A DNA stretch of 64,000 nt from Mantamonas sphyraenae STR306 (taxonomy: Eukaryota; Protista; CRuMs): positions 549,503 through 613,502 of the forward strand of contig JAPMXV010000043.1 in the NCBI GenBank assembly GCA_026936335.1, read 5' to 3'. The notes under the pieces are model-generated. The model searched no databases. It was not told where the DNA came from and saw only the letters and a list, made by a program, of their open reading frames with translations. Position 1 is the stretch's first letter. The number at the start of each line of letters is the position of its first letter. Positions 45,551 through 57,367 of the stretch are shown one piece after another. Both the position numbers and the translations under genes were made by a program.

Positions 45551-46664
45551 ATGGGAAACGGACAGAGCAACCTCAGCGCGGAGGAGATTGAGGAGATGCA
45601 GCTGGTGTCGTCATGTATGTTTTGGTGAAAAGGGCGAGCCGCCGGAATGGGGACTGGGTGCAAGGAAGGACAGGGATTTGCGGCCGGGAGGGGGAGCCGC
45701 TGCCAATTTGGGAGGGGTGTTGCATTGCGGGCAGGGAGAGGAGGGAGAGAAGGACTGCAGGAAAGGCACACAGTATTGCATGCGCGTGGCGGAAGAGCGG
45801 CAGTGTGGCCAGGAAGGATGAGTGGGAGCAGAGGCGGGCGAGAAGGAAGAGAGCGTGAAAAACGGCCAGTGGATGTTGCCTGGTTTGGCTTTTCGCGACA
45901 CTGACACAACGGCTGGGGTGGTGCGTGCTGGCCTGTACGCTTTGGCGCACACACACAGTCGACGAGAGCGAACTCAAGCGACTGTACAAACGATTCAAGA
46001 AGCTGGACACAGACAACAGCGGCACCATTTCGGCGGACGAGTTTCAGGCGATTCCCGCGCTGGCCATGAATCCGCGTAGGTGGAGGCACAGGGAGGCAGA
46101 GTGTAGCGCATGTGGAGGCAGAAAGTGCAGAGAGAGAGAGCGCGCGGCGGAGAAGGAAGGAGGGATGGTGGACACAGGTGCAACGCGTGCGTGCAGAAAC
46201 ACTGACACATTCGGGGCGCGGGGCAGTGCTTTCGCGGGTCATGGACATTTTTGACGTGGACGGCGACGGCGACATTGACTTTATGGAGTTTATCTCGTCG
46301 CTGAGCGTGTTTTCAGTCAAGGGCGAGAAGGACAAGAAGCTGAAGTGTGCGTGGTGACGATGGGGACGCGGGAAAGGGAGAAGCGAGCGACGATGCGTGA
46401 AGGAAGTAGGCACTGACCCCACAAACAGTTGCTTTCCAGGTGTACGACATTGACAACGACGGATACATCAGCAACGGCGAACTGTACCAAGTTCTGAAGA
46501 TGATGGTGGGCAACAACCTGAGCGACCAGCAGCTTCAGCAGATCGTGGACAAGACCATCATGGAGGGGGATCTGGATGGCGACGGAAGAATCTCTGTGGA
46601 CGAGTTTAACAAGCTGGTGGCCAACGCACAAGACATCGAGTCGAAGATGACCATCCGTTTCTGA
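45551..46664 (+). CDS. PPP3R1: Calcineurin regulatory subunit B
   Basis: MGNGQS start, [80 protein letters not shown]; 3 introns. Confidence 0.95.
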
Positions 46665-46759
46665 GGAGGAGGTGGTGTGGTGTGTGTGGTGTTGTTGGGC
46701 AGGCACGCAGGAGCTGCAGCAAACAAAAACCTCGTCGAACCAGAACACCACCAACGACC

Positions 46760-47875
46760 ATGTCGTTTCGACGCAAAAAGAGCTCGTTCAGGCTGCGTCG
46801 GACCGGTTCATCGGCAGAAATATTGAATGTGAGCGAGGATCCGTATGTAGACGACGTAGATGAGCTGGTGAGCAAGGTGCAGAGCGTGTTTGGGGGCCAG
46901 AAGAACACACAACGGCGCATCGATGCGTTGACGGACCTGTACTTTCTTAGCTGGAACGGAGGGGACACTGTACAAACATACATCGGCAAAAAGGGCCTGT
47001 TGGAAACACTGACCGATGTTCTTGAGGCCGGTGACAATCCGGATCTGACGCTGGTGAGTGGGCGAGCGTGCGGTTGGAACATCCGTTTGCACGGACACAC
47101 TGGGGGACACTGACCATGAGAGAACGGGCGTCACTGGGCATGGGTGTCTGGTCCACAGCCGTGCATCAAGTCGCTGAGTGTGCTTTGCAGAGACCACAAG
47201 GGGAACCAGGACATTCTAAGGCGACTTGGCGGGGTTTCGTTGCTGATTGACTATCTGGACGCCAAAGTGGACGTGGAGCTGGTACGTGGAAGCGGGAGGC
47301 GAGAGATGCGGGTTTGGGAATGGGTTTCTCCCATGTAGATGGGGCAGGATTCACAACGCAGTGGGCATGGGACGGGACACAGCGCAAGTGGGCGGCACAC
47401 TGTTTGTTCTTTGTGGTGTTCAACAACCCGACGAATCAAGAGGTGGCGCGAAAGACACCGAACATCAGTGTAAGCGAGCGATGAGAGTGATGGAGCAGAT
47501 GGACAGAGCACAATGGGCTGACACGGCGCCGACGAGCAGTCGCGGCTGGCAAAGGTGTCGCAACTGAATTGGGATGGGTGGACATACAACGACGCGGACG
47601 AAATCATGAAGTGCATCGGGCTGGAAATGGAGAGGTGGCAGCAGGAGCTGGAAATGGTGGAACAGATACAAGGGCGAAGCGGGAAGCACGCGTCGCCGAA
47701 ACGGGCCAATTCAGGGTCGTCCGCTGGGTCGGGCAAGCAGTTGGTGGAGTCGCCAGTGATTCAAACGCAGACAACAAGCACATCGACACGTCTGTCTGGG
47801 TCGGGCGAAATGGAAGCGGACAATGGCGAGGATGAGGAAGGTGCGGAAGCTGGAGCGGTGGAGGAGCCAACGTAG
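46760..47875 (+). CDS. Armadillo-like helical protein (ARMH2-like)
   Basis: Spliced ARM-like repeats (IKSLSVLCRDHKGNQDILRRLGGV, KWAAHCLFFVVFNNPTNQ) and NWDGWTYNDADEIMKCIG. Confidence 0.55.
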
Positions 47876-47880
47876 AGCAA

Positions 47881-49299
47881 ATGAAGAAGAACGGCAGAGC
47901 TCGGCCATGGCACGTGGTGTTGTGGCTGGCGGTAGCACTGTTGTGTGTGTGTGTAGAGCGTGGTGAGGGGAGGACAAAGCGGGTATTGGTGGTGGGATCG
48001 AGCAACCGCAAAGCGCAGCTGGATAGCCCGTTTGGCTTTGCGAGTGGAGGGCAGTTGAGGGCGAGCCTACAGGTGACGGTCAGTTGGAGGGAGGATGTGC
48101 GAGATGGGAGGGTGGGGAAGGGAGGGGAGGGGTGGCACCACTGCTGACACAGCCGTCGAGCGTCGGGCCTTCACAGCCAAAGGACAAGTATTTCTATCTG
48201 GTGTTGATGGATGCCAAGCAGTGGGATTTCGACGAGCAGGCTCAGAGGAACCGGTCAGATTATGCGTGTCAACTGCCGTCGGCCAAGGTGCGTTGCCGGC
48301 AAGGGAAACGGTTTGGGGTGCCGGGCTTCTGCAGCTGACACACACCTGCACACACGCTGTCATGTGAAGCGCTTTGAGTTTCGTTCAACGCTCAACATCC
48401 GGACGACGATCGAGCGGGAGGCATTGTACAGAGTGTTCTTGTTGAACTGCAACGAGACGCAGAATCTTGTGGTGAGCGGGGAACTGGAGCTGAAGAATCC
48501 TAACGGAGGGCTGATGTCACTGCAGGAGGAGCCGTACGTGAACGTGTTCCTAATGGTGAGCTGCTTGGACCTTCTGATGCTGCTGGTGTGGCAGTACCTG
48601 TACCTGAGGTATCGGCCGCTGAACGCGCTGGCAAACATTCCCAACGGAGTGCGCATCTGCATCCTGTTCCGATTGTTCTACAACGTCGCCCTGTACGTGT
48701 TTTACGAGCAGCAGGCACGCACCGGGGTGGTACTGGAGTGGCTGCTGACGTTTGCGCAGCTGATCTCGATTGTAGCGGAAGGGACGCTGATGGCTCTGAT
48801 GTGGCTGCTGTCGCACGGGTGGTGTGTGACGGTGGAATCGATCGACGCACGAGAGCAAAAGCTGACGTACGTGGCGTTTCTGGTGTATGCGACGTGCAAC
48901 ACGATGCGGACCATGTGCACGGGCAGCGAAGCGACTTGCAGCACGTACGCCCTCGCGTACTGGATCATCAAGTTTGTGATTACGCTGCGCATCCTGCTGG
49001 CCTTGAACGGCAACATGGAGATTCTGCGCGCAAGCACGCACAGTCTGGGCTGGCCACAGACAGTGCCCGAGCAGATCAAGCTGCGGCTGTTTCGGCAGAT
49101 GCGGGTGGTGTTTATGGCCTTTGTGGTGCTGCCGGTGCTGCTGATTCTGTTTGAGCTGACGCTGAGTAGCTGGCAGGAGCGATGGGTGTTTGTGCTGGTG
49201 GACCAGGCGTTGCACTTCCTTGTGTATGCGCGGCTTTGTCAGATCTACCAGCCGCACGCGGAGAATGTGACCATTTTCGACCATCTACATCAAGCATGA
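47881..49299 (+). CDS. GOST-family (GPR107/108/180, TMEM87-like) seven-TM protein
   Basis: Signal peptide, PFGFASGG, YRVFLLNC, LKNPNGGLMSLQEEP, LLSHGW; 7 hydrophobic segments. Confidence 0.75.
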
Positions 49300-49341
49300 G
49301 GGCGACATGGTCTGGAATAGACAAAAGGTGTTTTTGTTGGG

Positions 49342-50683
49342 CTACAGCAGATTGAGTTTGGTGACAAAGGCAATGCGGACGGTCTGGTCAAACGAGCCAA
49401 AGCAGGCGAGGCCGAGCTTGTCGCGGTTCCAGTCCCAGCAGTGGATGGGCTGTGTGCTCTGCATGGACGAGTTGAGCTGTGTGATTTCGCCCATGACACC
49501 CATGTTGTCGCCGTCTTTGTACACGTAGCGTTGGCTGGGATAGGCGTAGTTGTAGAGGGCAATCTCGCCGGTGCCCGTGGTGCTGACCCAGACGTCGCGG
49601 TTCTGGGGCAGGTGTTGGGAGCTCCATACGGTGCCCTGCGACACGTTTTCAGTCGCGTAGGCGTATCCGTTGTCCTTGTGAAAGGTACGGAGGTCAAAGA
49701 CGTGTGTGTTGCCCTCGAGGCAGGAGGCGACAAGTTTGTTCATCTCGATGTCCTTGCGGTCAAAGTGGAGAGAGCAGACGCCGTTCTTGACGTTGGTTTC
49801 CCACAAGATTTCGTTCATGCGCAAGTCCCACAGCTTGACGTCGCCGTTGTCGTATCCGCTGGCCACGCAGCGCTCGTCGTCGTTGAAGGAGTTGCCAAAG
49901 GCAACGGCCCAGCAGTCGCGTGCGTCTTTGCTGTCTTCGGGCTCCATCTCAGCCACAGGAGCATCCTTTTGGCGAGGATCCCACACGCGCACGCAGCCGT
50001 CGCGTCCGGCAGTGACGAGCTCTGGGGCACCACCGCCGATTCCCATTCCTCCACACCCGTCGATCGCATTGATGATGTTTTCGTGGGCTTTGACACTGTA
50101 CAGTGGCTCGTCCAAGTGTTCGAGATCCCTGTGATGTGGTGTGTGCAATTGCGGCAGGTGGGTGTCAGAGGCGAGGCGGGCGGCAGAGTTTGGGCCGTTT
50201 TGGCGGAGCACAACGTTACCAGATCTGCAAACGGCCGCCAAAGTCGCCAGTGGCAAGATGGCGGTCCTCAAGACTGGAATGGGCAAATGTGCCTGCTTTG
50301 AATGCGGTGCTTTTTTCGGTCTGCGCGATGCAAAGGTGAACGTGTGAGCCTGGGAATGGCGCAAGTGAGAGTGTTCCGATCACGCGGGAAACACCCGCGC
50401 GTTGCGGCCTTGCGCGGGCGAGCAAGGAACTGGATGGAGGGCAGTGGAGTGAAAAGCGAAGTGGGAATGGGGCTGAACTTGCCTCTGTAACAAGATCCAG
50501 CGAGCCGTCCTTGAGTTTGTACACCTGGAGAGCGCCTGTGTCGCGCGGATTGGCTCCGAGGACAACTAAGCGGGAGGAGGCAGGGACCCATTTTACGTCA
50601 TACACGGTGTAGGGAACACTCTTTTCCACATGGGTGATGATCTGCGGCTTCTCAAAGGTCTTTTGCAGCTTCTTCGAGCTCAT
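49342..50683 (-). CDS. DNAAF10: WD repeat protein 92 / dynein axonemal assembly factor 10
   Basis: EKPQIITHVEKSVPYTVYDVKWVP, INAIDGCGG..GAPELVTAGRDG, FDRKDIEMNKL, HLPQNRD, terminal FVTKLNLL. Confidence 0.93.
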
Positions 50684-50735
50684 TGGGGGACGGACGTCGG
50701 TTTTGCTGGATGGGAAAGGGCATGCGTGCATTGGG

Positions 50736-52234
50736 TCACTCGTCCGCATCGTGTTCCTCGTTGTCGTCGTTGCCTGTTTGTTCTTGTGCTGTCACTTGGG
50801 AGGTGGTGCGTGTGCGAGCTGATGATGATGTCAAGGGGGACGGGAGAGAGATGGGCTGGCGGAGGGCGTTGCGGGCAAAGGTTGGCAGCACAAAGGAAGC
50901 GTAGTGGATGTCCTTGTTGTAGTACTGGTTTTCCATGTGTTGGTCGAGGTAGATGTTCCAATCGATTGGCGAGCGTGTTGGGTGGTAGTGATCGGAGCAG
51001 AAGAGGTAGGAGTAGTGGCCAGAGAGAAAGGTGGGTTGAAACCCCTGTGTGTGGGAAGAGGAAGCGCGGTGGGGGGGGGGGGGAGAGAGACCGGGGTGGT
51101 TTGGACATGGTTGGAAGGTGAGTCACTATCGAGGAAGGCAGGGAAGGCGGGGCGGGGTTTCTGAGGAGCTGTGGTGAGCGGCCTTACGTTGTACATGTGC
51201 ACGTTGTTAAATACGGGATAGAGCTCCTCGAGAACGTTGGCAATGGTGTCGAGGTTCCAGCTGGGGCTGTCTGCATTGAGGGAGAGGATGCTCTTGGGCT
51301 TCATGAGGGCTTTGACCTTTGCGTAAAAGTCACGTCCGTGGAGAGGGTGTTTGACCTGTGTGGGAGAGTCAAAATCGGTGCCATCGATAAAAACCATGTC
51401 AAAGGTGCCGTTGAGGTCACCCTTGAGGACCTGGTTGTGTACCCACTCGCCGCCAGCTTGGTGGAGGAGTTCGAGCTTGTCGCTTGAAAAGGAACGACCG
51501 ATTTTGGGGAAGTACTGCTTGGCCATCTGGACGACGACCTTGTCGATCTCGACCTGGACAACGCGGCGGACAGACGGGTGCTTGAGCACCTGTGTAAGCA
51601 GTCCTCCGTCGCCGGCACCGAGGATGAGAACGTTTCGCGCGGTGGGCTTGTAGTTCATGGGCACGTGCACCATGAGCTCGTGGTAGTAGAACTCGTCAAG
51701 CTCTGTAATCTGTAGGGATTCGTCAATAAAGAGGATATGGCCAAAGAAGTTGTGATCAAAAACGCGGACACGTTGGTAGGGGGTGGTGATGTCTTGCAGG
51801 ACCTGGGACGTCCGGGTGTCGGAGCGCAGCGTGGGGCATGAGTGCGTACAGAAGGGTGTACACCGGTGCGCAGAGGCGCATTGAAGTGTAAGCAGAGTGC
51901 AAGGAGCATGAAAGATGAGGTGCGAGAAGGAGAGGACAGACCTTGTCGACCTCGAGGACCAGACCGATGCCGCCGCCCCACCAGAACTCTGTGATGGGCT
52001 TGACCTTGCCTGTGAAGCAGAGTGATTTGCTGGTCGTGTTGGAGAGGGCATAGCCAATCCAAAGTGCTGCAGTACGAGACAGGCCGGAGTTGTGAGTTGG
52101 GGCTGGGGTTGCTGGCTGGGAACAACGGCCGCGCTGGCGACGCGCGGAGAGGCAGGGAACGCACCAGCAATGGCTGTAAGGAGTAGCACAAGGGCGAGTT
52201 TGGGCCTGCGTGCCAATTTGTGCCAAGCGTCCAT
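50736..52234 (-). CDS. Spermidine synthase-like aminopropyltransferase with an N-terminal signal anchor
   Basis: TPYQ, FGHILFIDESLQITELDEFYYHELMVHVP, VLILGAGDGG, VEID, YYNKDIHYASFVLP. Spliced N-terminus RRPKLALVLLLTAIAALWIGYAL. Confidence 0.88.
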
Positions 52235-52293
52235 GTTGGATGCTGTGGCGCGAGCGGAGGCAGAGCTGAAGAAGAGACCATCATCCCGTTGGC

Positions 52294-53180
52294 ATGGCGA
52301 CAAACAGTCGGCTGGAACAGCTGGAGAAGTTGGAACAGCGGTACACGGAGCTGGTTGGAGCAGTGAAAGAGTTGGAGGTGAGCAACGGGGTATGTGTGGA
52401 GATTGGTGCCGTGGGACAGGACCTGACGTGGAGGTGGCAAGTGCAGACACAACTGGAGGTTGCAGACACGCAGATGAAGAAAATGGAGGATGAGATCAAA
52501 AGCAAGGATGCGCGTATCGGCGTGTTGGAGGCAGAGAACAAAGAGCTGAAGGTGAGGGTGGCCGCTTTTTGAATGGACGGCAAATGGCGGGAGTTGCCGC
52601 AGGGCTGACACGAGTTGTGTGGGACATGGGTGGAACAGACACGGGGGAATGTGGGTGCAGGAAGCAGTGGAGAGGAGGTGAAGCGGTTGCGGAGCGAAGC
52701 GCAGCAGCTGCAAAGCCAGGTGAAGGAACTGGTAGGTTTGAAGGGCGTTTTGTGGGGGATTGGTTCGAAGAGCGAAATGGTGTGGAGGGAGGGAAGAGGG
52801 CAGGGTGGGAGGCGGGGCTGACACACACGAGGATTGGAGTGTAGGAGGGGAACAAGACGATGCTGCAGGAGCTGCAGGAGGAAGCCACGGAGAGGGAGGG
52901 GCAGGTGAAGACTTTGAAATCAGAAAACGTGACGCTGAAGTTGGAAGTGGAGCGACTGGTACGTGTGAGGAGAGGAGAGTGTGGGAACGCGGTAGGTGTC
53001 GGCCGAGGACTGACACGCTAGCGGTGCACGACGATGCAGAAGAAGAAAACGGAGGACGACGGTGGAGGGACGGTCACGAAAGTGACACTGTTGGTGCTCG
53101 TTTCAGCGATCTGCTTTGTATGGATGAACCCCGGCATGCATCACAATTGGCTGTCTGGGCGTAGCAGTCCGCCGTCATGA
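52294..53180 (+). CDS. Coiled-coil tail-anchored membrane protein (KASH-like candidate)
   Basis: Five phase-0 exons of heptad-rich sequence, ending KVTLLVLVSAICFVWMNPGMHHNWLSGRSSPPS*. Confidence 0.65.
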
Positions 53181-54860
53181 TGCTGATGATGAGGAGGAGG
53201 CAGTGGTGGTGGTGGTGGTGGTGGTGGTGGCGTTGAAATCGACGTGGAAGAAGCCGGAGAAGTGTGAGATGCGATGGCCAAACTCGGGGTCGAGCTCGTG
53301 CTCGATGGCCTCGGTGTTGGATCCGGATGATGACAGGGAGAGAGAGGAAGAGGAAGTGCGATGGGAGTCAGAGTCAGAGTCGGAGTCGGAGTCGGAGTCG
53401 GAGTCGGAAGTGGATGGGACTTGAGGGTGGGAAGAAGTGGATGATGAAGATGAAGACGAAGGGGAGGACGAACCCCACTCCTCGTGGAAACGGATCATGG
53501 TGCTGAGGCGCATGTTTTGGATGTCTTGGGAGTGGAGCTGACTGAGGCGAGCCTCGGGGTTGAGCTTTGCACGTAGTGATTGGATGAGAGAGCGGTCGAT
53601 GTGTTGCCAGGCGCTGGTGTGTGCAGCGGAGGCTATCTTTTGAGGTTTGCATGGGCGGGAAGGGAGCTGATGGAGAGCGACAAGGAGGTCAGCGGTGTCG
53701 GTGATGCGAAGGAGGGCCTTTTCGTGGATGGACAGGAGAGCGAGGGAGACACGGAAGAGGGTGGTGTGTGGGTCGAGAAAGAGGAGATCCCACACGAGAA
53801 GGGCGGATGGTAGAGGCATGGCGGTGACGAAGCAGGTCATGAACCAGGAGATGCAGGTTGTGGAGAGCTGAACCCCCGAGGCGTCAAGGTGGTCGGCGAG
53901 CCGTGGAATGAGGTCACGGACAAGCTGTTCGAGCACGAGTTGGTCGTGCATGACCCCAGAGAGGGTTTGGTCAAAGTAGGGGGGAAGCATGATCTCGAGG
54001 AGAACAGCAAGCATCCAAAACGCCTGTTCTTCGCTGAAGAAGAGCAAGAGAAGGGCGGCGAGGAAATTCATGCTCTGGCAGTAGCTGATGTCAGGATTGC
54101 GGAAGGCATAGGTCTTGAGGATGCGGCGCAGGGAGGAGACGGACTCTGAGTCCAGCTGACTGTGTTCTTTGAACGTGCGCTGCAGGTCCTTTTCGATTTG
54201 CACGGCATCATCCGAGTCTTTCTTTTCGCACCTGCGTGAGAGGGTATGGTATTGCAGCTGCTTGGGTGAGGCAATGTTTGTGTTGCGGCAGCGTAGAGTG
54301 CAGAGACGCTGCCAGACGGTTGCACGGAGAGCTGGCTCGACGCCACACTTGAGGACGAGGGTGAAGAGCTCGGGCTGGTCCAATTGCAGGTTGTCCCAGT
54401 CTCCGTGCAGTTGGGTGTGGAGAAAGTCGTCCCAGGCCGATGAGCGGCGCCCGGCAAAGGACAGGGTGATGAAGGTTTTCAGCGAGTCTGGGTTGCGCGT
54501 GCTGGAAGCGCTGGACGGGGTGCTTTCCGAGGTGTCTGTGCTATTTGTGTTTGTAAGGTTGTTTGTAAACTCACGGGCCTTGGCCCACAGGCGGTCGACT
54601 GTGGCTGTGACGAGAGAGGCTTGGGGTTCTTCTGTGTCTGTGGCGCTGGTGGTGGCGGCTGAGGAAGGAGAAGGTGCAGAGGCGGCGCTGGTGGTGGTGG
54701 TGGGAGATGATGTGTTTGCAGAAGGGGAGGCGGAGGAGGTGGTAGTGGTGGAGACGGTGGTCTTTTGGCGACGTGCTCGCAGAGCGTCAGATTGCTGCAG
54801 CCAGGACGCATCCATGCGGGCCTGGCGGTGGATGTCCTTGGCTCTTGGAGAGTCACTCAT
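53175..54860 (-). CDS. TBC-domain Rab GTPase-activating protein
   Basis: GVEPALRATVW, QIEKDLQRTF (R finger), YCQSMN (Q finger), WFMTCF, VWDLLF. Confidence 0.92.
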   Translation of the reverse strand: MSDSPRAKDIHRQARMDASWLQQSDALRARRQKTTVSTTTTSSASPSANTSSPTTTTSAASAPSPSSAATTSATDTEEPQASLVTATVDRLWAKAREFTNNLTNTNSTDTSESTPSSASSTRNPDSLKTFITLSFAGRRSSAWDDFLHTQLHGDWDNLQLDQPELFTLVLKCGVEPALRATVWQRLCTLRCRNTNIASPKQLQYHTLSRRCEKKDSDDAVQIEKDLQRTFKEHSQLDSESVSSLRRILKTYAFRNPDISYCQSMNFLAALLLLFFSEEQAFWMLAVLLEIMLPPYFDQTLSGVMHDQLVLEQLVRDLIPRLADHLDASGVQLSTTCISWFMTCFVTAMPLPSALLVWDLLFLDPHTTLFRVSLALLSIHEKALLRITDTADLLVALHQLPSRPCKPQKIASAAHTSAWQHIDRSLIQSLRAKLNPEARLSQLHSQDIQNMRLSTMIRFHEEWGSSSPSSSSSSSTSSHPQVPSTSDSDSDSDSDSDSDSHRTSSSSLSLSSSGSNTEAIEHELDPEFGHRISHFSGFFHVDFNATTTTTTTTTASSSSSAS

Positions 54861-54922
54861 GGGAGGAGAGGAGATGTGGACGGACGGGGACGGGGTGCGC
54901 GGGCCGGGGCACGTTGAATGGA

Positions 54923-55450
54923 ATGGCCAACACGGCGGCAAAGGAGCAAGCGAAGCGCAACACAAAGACGATTGCATCGCACTGGATCTGGGTGCTTGCG
55001 GTGAACGCGATGTACCTTTTGGTGAATGCAGGATACCACTACGACACGTTTGGGTTCACGCAGCAGCTGCTGTTTGCCGGTATGGCCATGGTGTACTACG
55101 TGTTGTGGTACCAGATGATTGTGGTGCCCGGCACGCCAAAGTACCAGGCAGATGGCAAGTTGGCCGACCCGGGGCACGATCTGCAGCAAGGTGGCGTGAC
55201 AGAGTACTGCTTTGACGTGGTGTACCTCATGGGCTTCACGCAACTTCTGAGTCTGGTTACAAGCTGGGCGTGGTGGCTGCTGGCGGTGGTGCCTGCCTAC
55301 GCATTCTACATGCTGTGGGACAGCTTCATCAAGCCATGGTTGTTCAGCGGCTCCATGTATGAGGAGGAGCCCGAGAGTGAGCTGGAGCGGAAGAAGAGGG
55401 AAAAGAGGGAGCGCAAGGCGACGCGCCCAAAGTTCCAACGTGTGCGATGA
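54923..55450 (+). CDS. TMEM208: TMEM208/SND2 (SRP-independent targeting)
   Basis: MANTAAKEQAKRN, PKYQADGKLADPGHDL, EYCFDVVY, VPAYAFY, basic C-terminus. Confidence 0.88.
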   Translation: MANTAAKEQAKRNTKTIASHWIWVLAVNAMYLLVNAGYHYDTFGFTQQLLFAGMAMVYYVLWYQMIVVPGTPKYQADGKLADPGHDLQQGGVTEYCFDVVYLMGFTQLLSLVTSWAWWLLAVVPAYAFYMLWDSFIKPWLFSGSMYEEEPESELERKKREKRERKATRPKFQRVR

Positions 55451-55722
55451 TCTGGATGGCGGCACTTGGGCGCGTGCTTAGTATGGTGGGTAGCGTGATG
55501 ACGGTGCTGTGCACTTGCCCTTTGAGTGGCTGTGTGTGGGTGCAGGGAGGGGAACGGGAATGAAAGTCCATGCGTTGTGAGAGGTCCACAAAGAGGTGGG
55601 GATGCGGGTGGGGCTGGGAGGAGGAGGAAGGTGAGAGCAGTGGGTAGTGCGTATGGGCTGGTCAGGGAGTGCGCGAGGCAGATGCGGTGGTGGAGGCAAG
55701 CGAAGAAAGCGAAACGAGAGCC

Positions 55723-57360
55723 ATGAGGGGACGAGAAGACATAAGCGGGGGCTCAAGGTTGCATAGAAGGAGTGTGTGGTGGATAGTGGTGGCCTTGGCC
55801 CTGGCCGTTGCGGCGTTGGTGGAGGCGGGAGAGGAGGAGAAGGAGGTGGAACTGGAGCAGATGCTGCTGGTGGTAGGAGATGTGGGAGACACGTGGGCAC
55901 GCGTGCTGTACGAGGCGCTGGATGGTGCGTTGGTGGGAGTGCCAATGCGTGTGAGCGTGTATCCGATGCAACGGACAGAGGCGGCAGACGGGCGGCTGGT
56001 GGTGACCTGGACACCCGTGTTCCAGGTGGAAGTGAAGCCGGAGCGGCGGCCGCAGGTTGTGCGCGTGGCGGGTCTGCAAGCAGGACGACGGTACCTGGGA
56101 GTGTTTGGGCACAGGAACCACACGGTGCGGTTTGGGACGTTTGCGGCGGGGAGAAAGAGCTTGAAAGTGGTGGCAGGGTCGTGCAACCGGTTCTTTGAGG
56201 ACGGGGACGTGTCGATGCTGAGACACCTGCAAAAGGTGGATGAGAGACGAGACGTGATGGTGCACCTCGGGGACCAGGTGTATGCGGACGCTTTGACGCG
56301 GAACGGGGCGCACGTGGGCAAGACGGCCGAGGGAATGCTGGAGCTGTACCGCCGTGTGTACCGACGCACTTGGGGCAACAAGGCCATGCAGGCTGTGCTG
56401 CGGCAGGGGATGCACGCGATGATTGCAGACGACCACGATTTCGTGAACAACGTGGATGAACGGCTGGTGGGACGGGACACGGAGATGCGACGCGCAATGG
56501 AGGCAGGACGCAAGGCGTACTACGAGTACCAGCAAGCGCTGTGGTCGGATGACACGAGCGGCGAAGAGGCTGTGTATCGGACGCGGCGAATCGGAAACAC
56601 GGCGCTGGTGTTTGTGGACACGCGTGTGTCGAGGTCGTTCCGACATGACGCGGAGGCAGCGTTTCTGGGTCGGGCGCAGATGCAATGGTTCCGTGAGCAG
56701 ATGGTGACGCTGGGCAAGGACAAGAGCGTACGGCACATCCTGGTGCTGTCGGGCGTTCCGCTGGCACTGTTCAGCCGTGTGCAAAGCGCAGTGGCGTACA
56801 AGGCGGAGAAAGAGAGGTACCCTTCTCATGAGGACTATGTGGAAGAGACGACGGCGTTGTTGGATGCGATGGCGCCGTTTGCACACAAGGTGTTGCTGGT
56901 GGGTGGAGACGTGCACCATTTTGGCACGTCGCAGGCGTGCAACAGGCTGGGCCAGTGTTTGTCACAGGTGGTGGCATCTGGTTTGACGCGTGGCTCCACA
57001 GTGCTGTACAGCCCGAAACTGTTTATGTTCTATCTGGTCACTGGGCGGTATATTCGGAGCGAGGTAGCAAGTGGATGGACGACGGAGCAGAAAGAGTTGT
57101 TTTTCGGGCGCAACTACGCACGGCTGCACTTGACAGATCGCGGACGTATGATCCGTGGAGTGTACGAGACGGAGGTTGCCGGTGCGACGAGCACAATGGG
57201 GTTGGTTGGGGACGGGTTTGTGCGGTACATCCACGTGGTGGAGAGCGTGGTCATTGTGGTGTTTGTCGTGCTTGTGGTCGTGTTGGTGCTGGACTGTATG
57301 GAAGACGGAAAGGCGGTGGAGGCGAGGCTGGCGGCGGAACGAGCAAAAAAACTGGCTTGA
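55723..57360 (+). CDS. PhoD-like alkaline phosphatase/phosphodiesterase, membrane anchored
   Basis: GSCN, HLGDQVYAD, DDHD, DTR, FLGRAQMQW, GGDVH; N-terminal signal and C-terminal TM. Confidence 0.88.
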   Translation: MRGREDISGGSRLHRRSVWWIVVALALAVAALVEAGEEEKEVELEQMLLVVGDVGDTWARVLYEALDGALVGVPMRVSVYPMQRTEAADGRLVVTWTPVFQVEVKPERRPQVVRVAGLQAGRRYLGVFGHRNHTVRFGTFAAGRKSLKVVAGSCNRFFEDGDVSMLRHLQKVDERRDVMVHLGDQVYADALTRNGAHVGKTAEGMLELYRRVYRRTWGNKAMQAVLRQGMHAMIADDHDFVNNVDERLVGRDTEMRRAMEAGRKAYYEYQQALWSDDTSGEEAVYRTRRIGNTALVFVDTRVSRSFRHDAEAAFLGRAQMQWFREQMVTLGKDKSVRHILVLSGVPLALFSRVQSAVAYKAEKERYPSHEDYVEETTALLDAMAPFAHKVLLVGGDVHHFGTSQACNRLGQCLSQVVASGLTRGSTVLYSPKLFMFYLVTGRYIRSEVASGWTTEQKELFFGRNYARLHLTDRGRMIRGVYETEVAGATSTMGLVGDGFVRYIHVVESVVIVVFVVLVVVLVLDCMEDGKAVEARLAAERAKKLA

Positions 57361-57367
57361 TTGAAAA

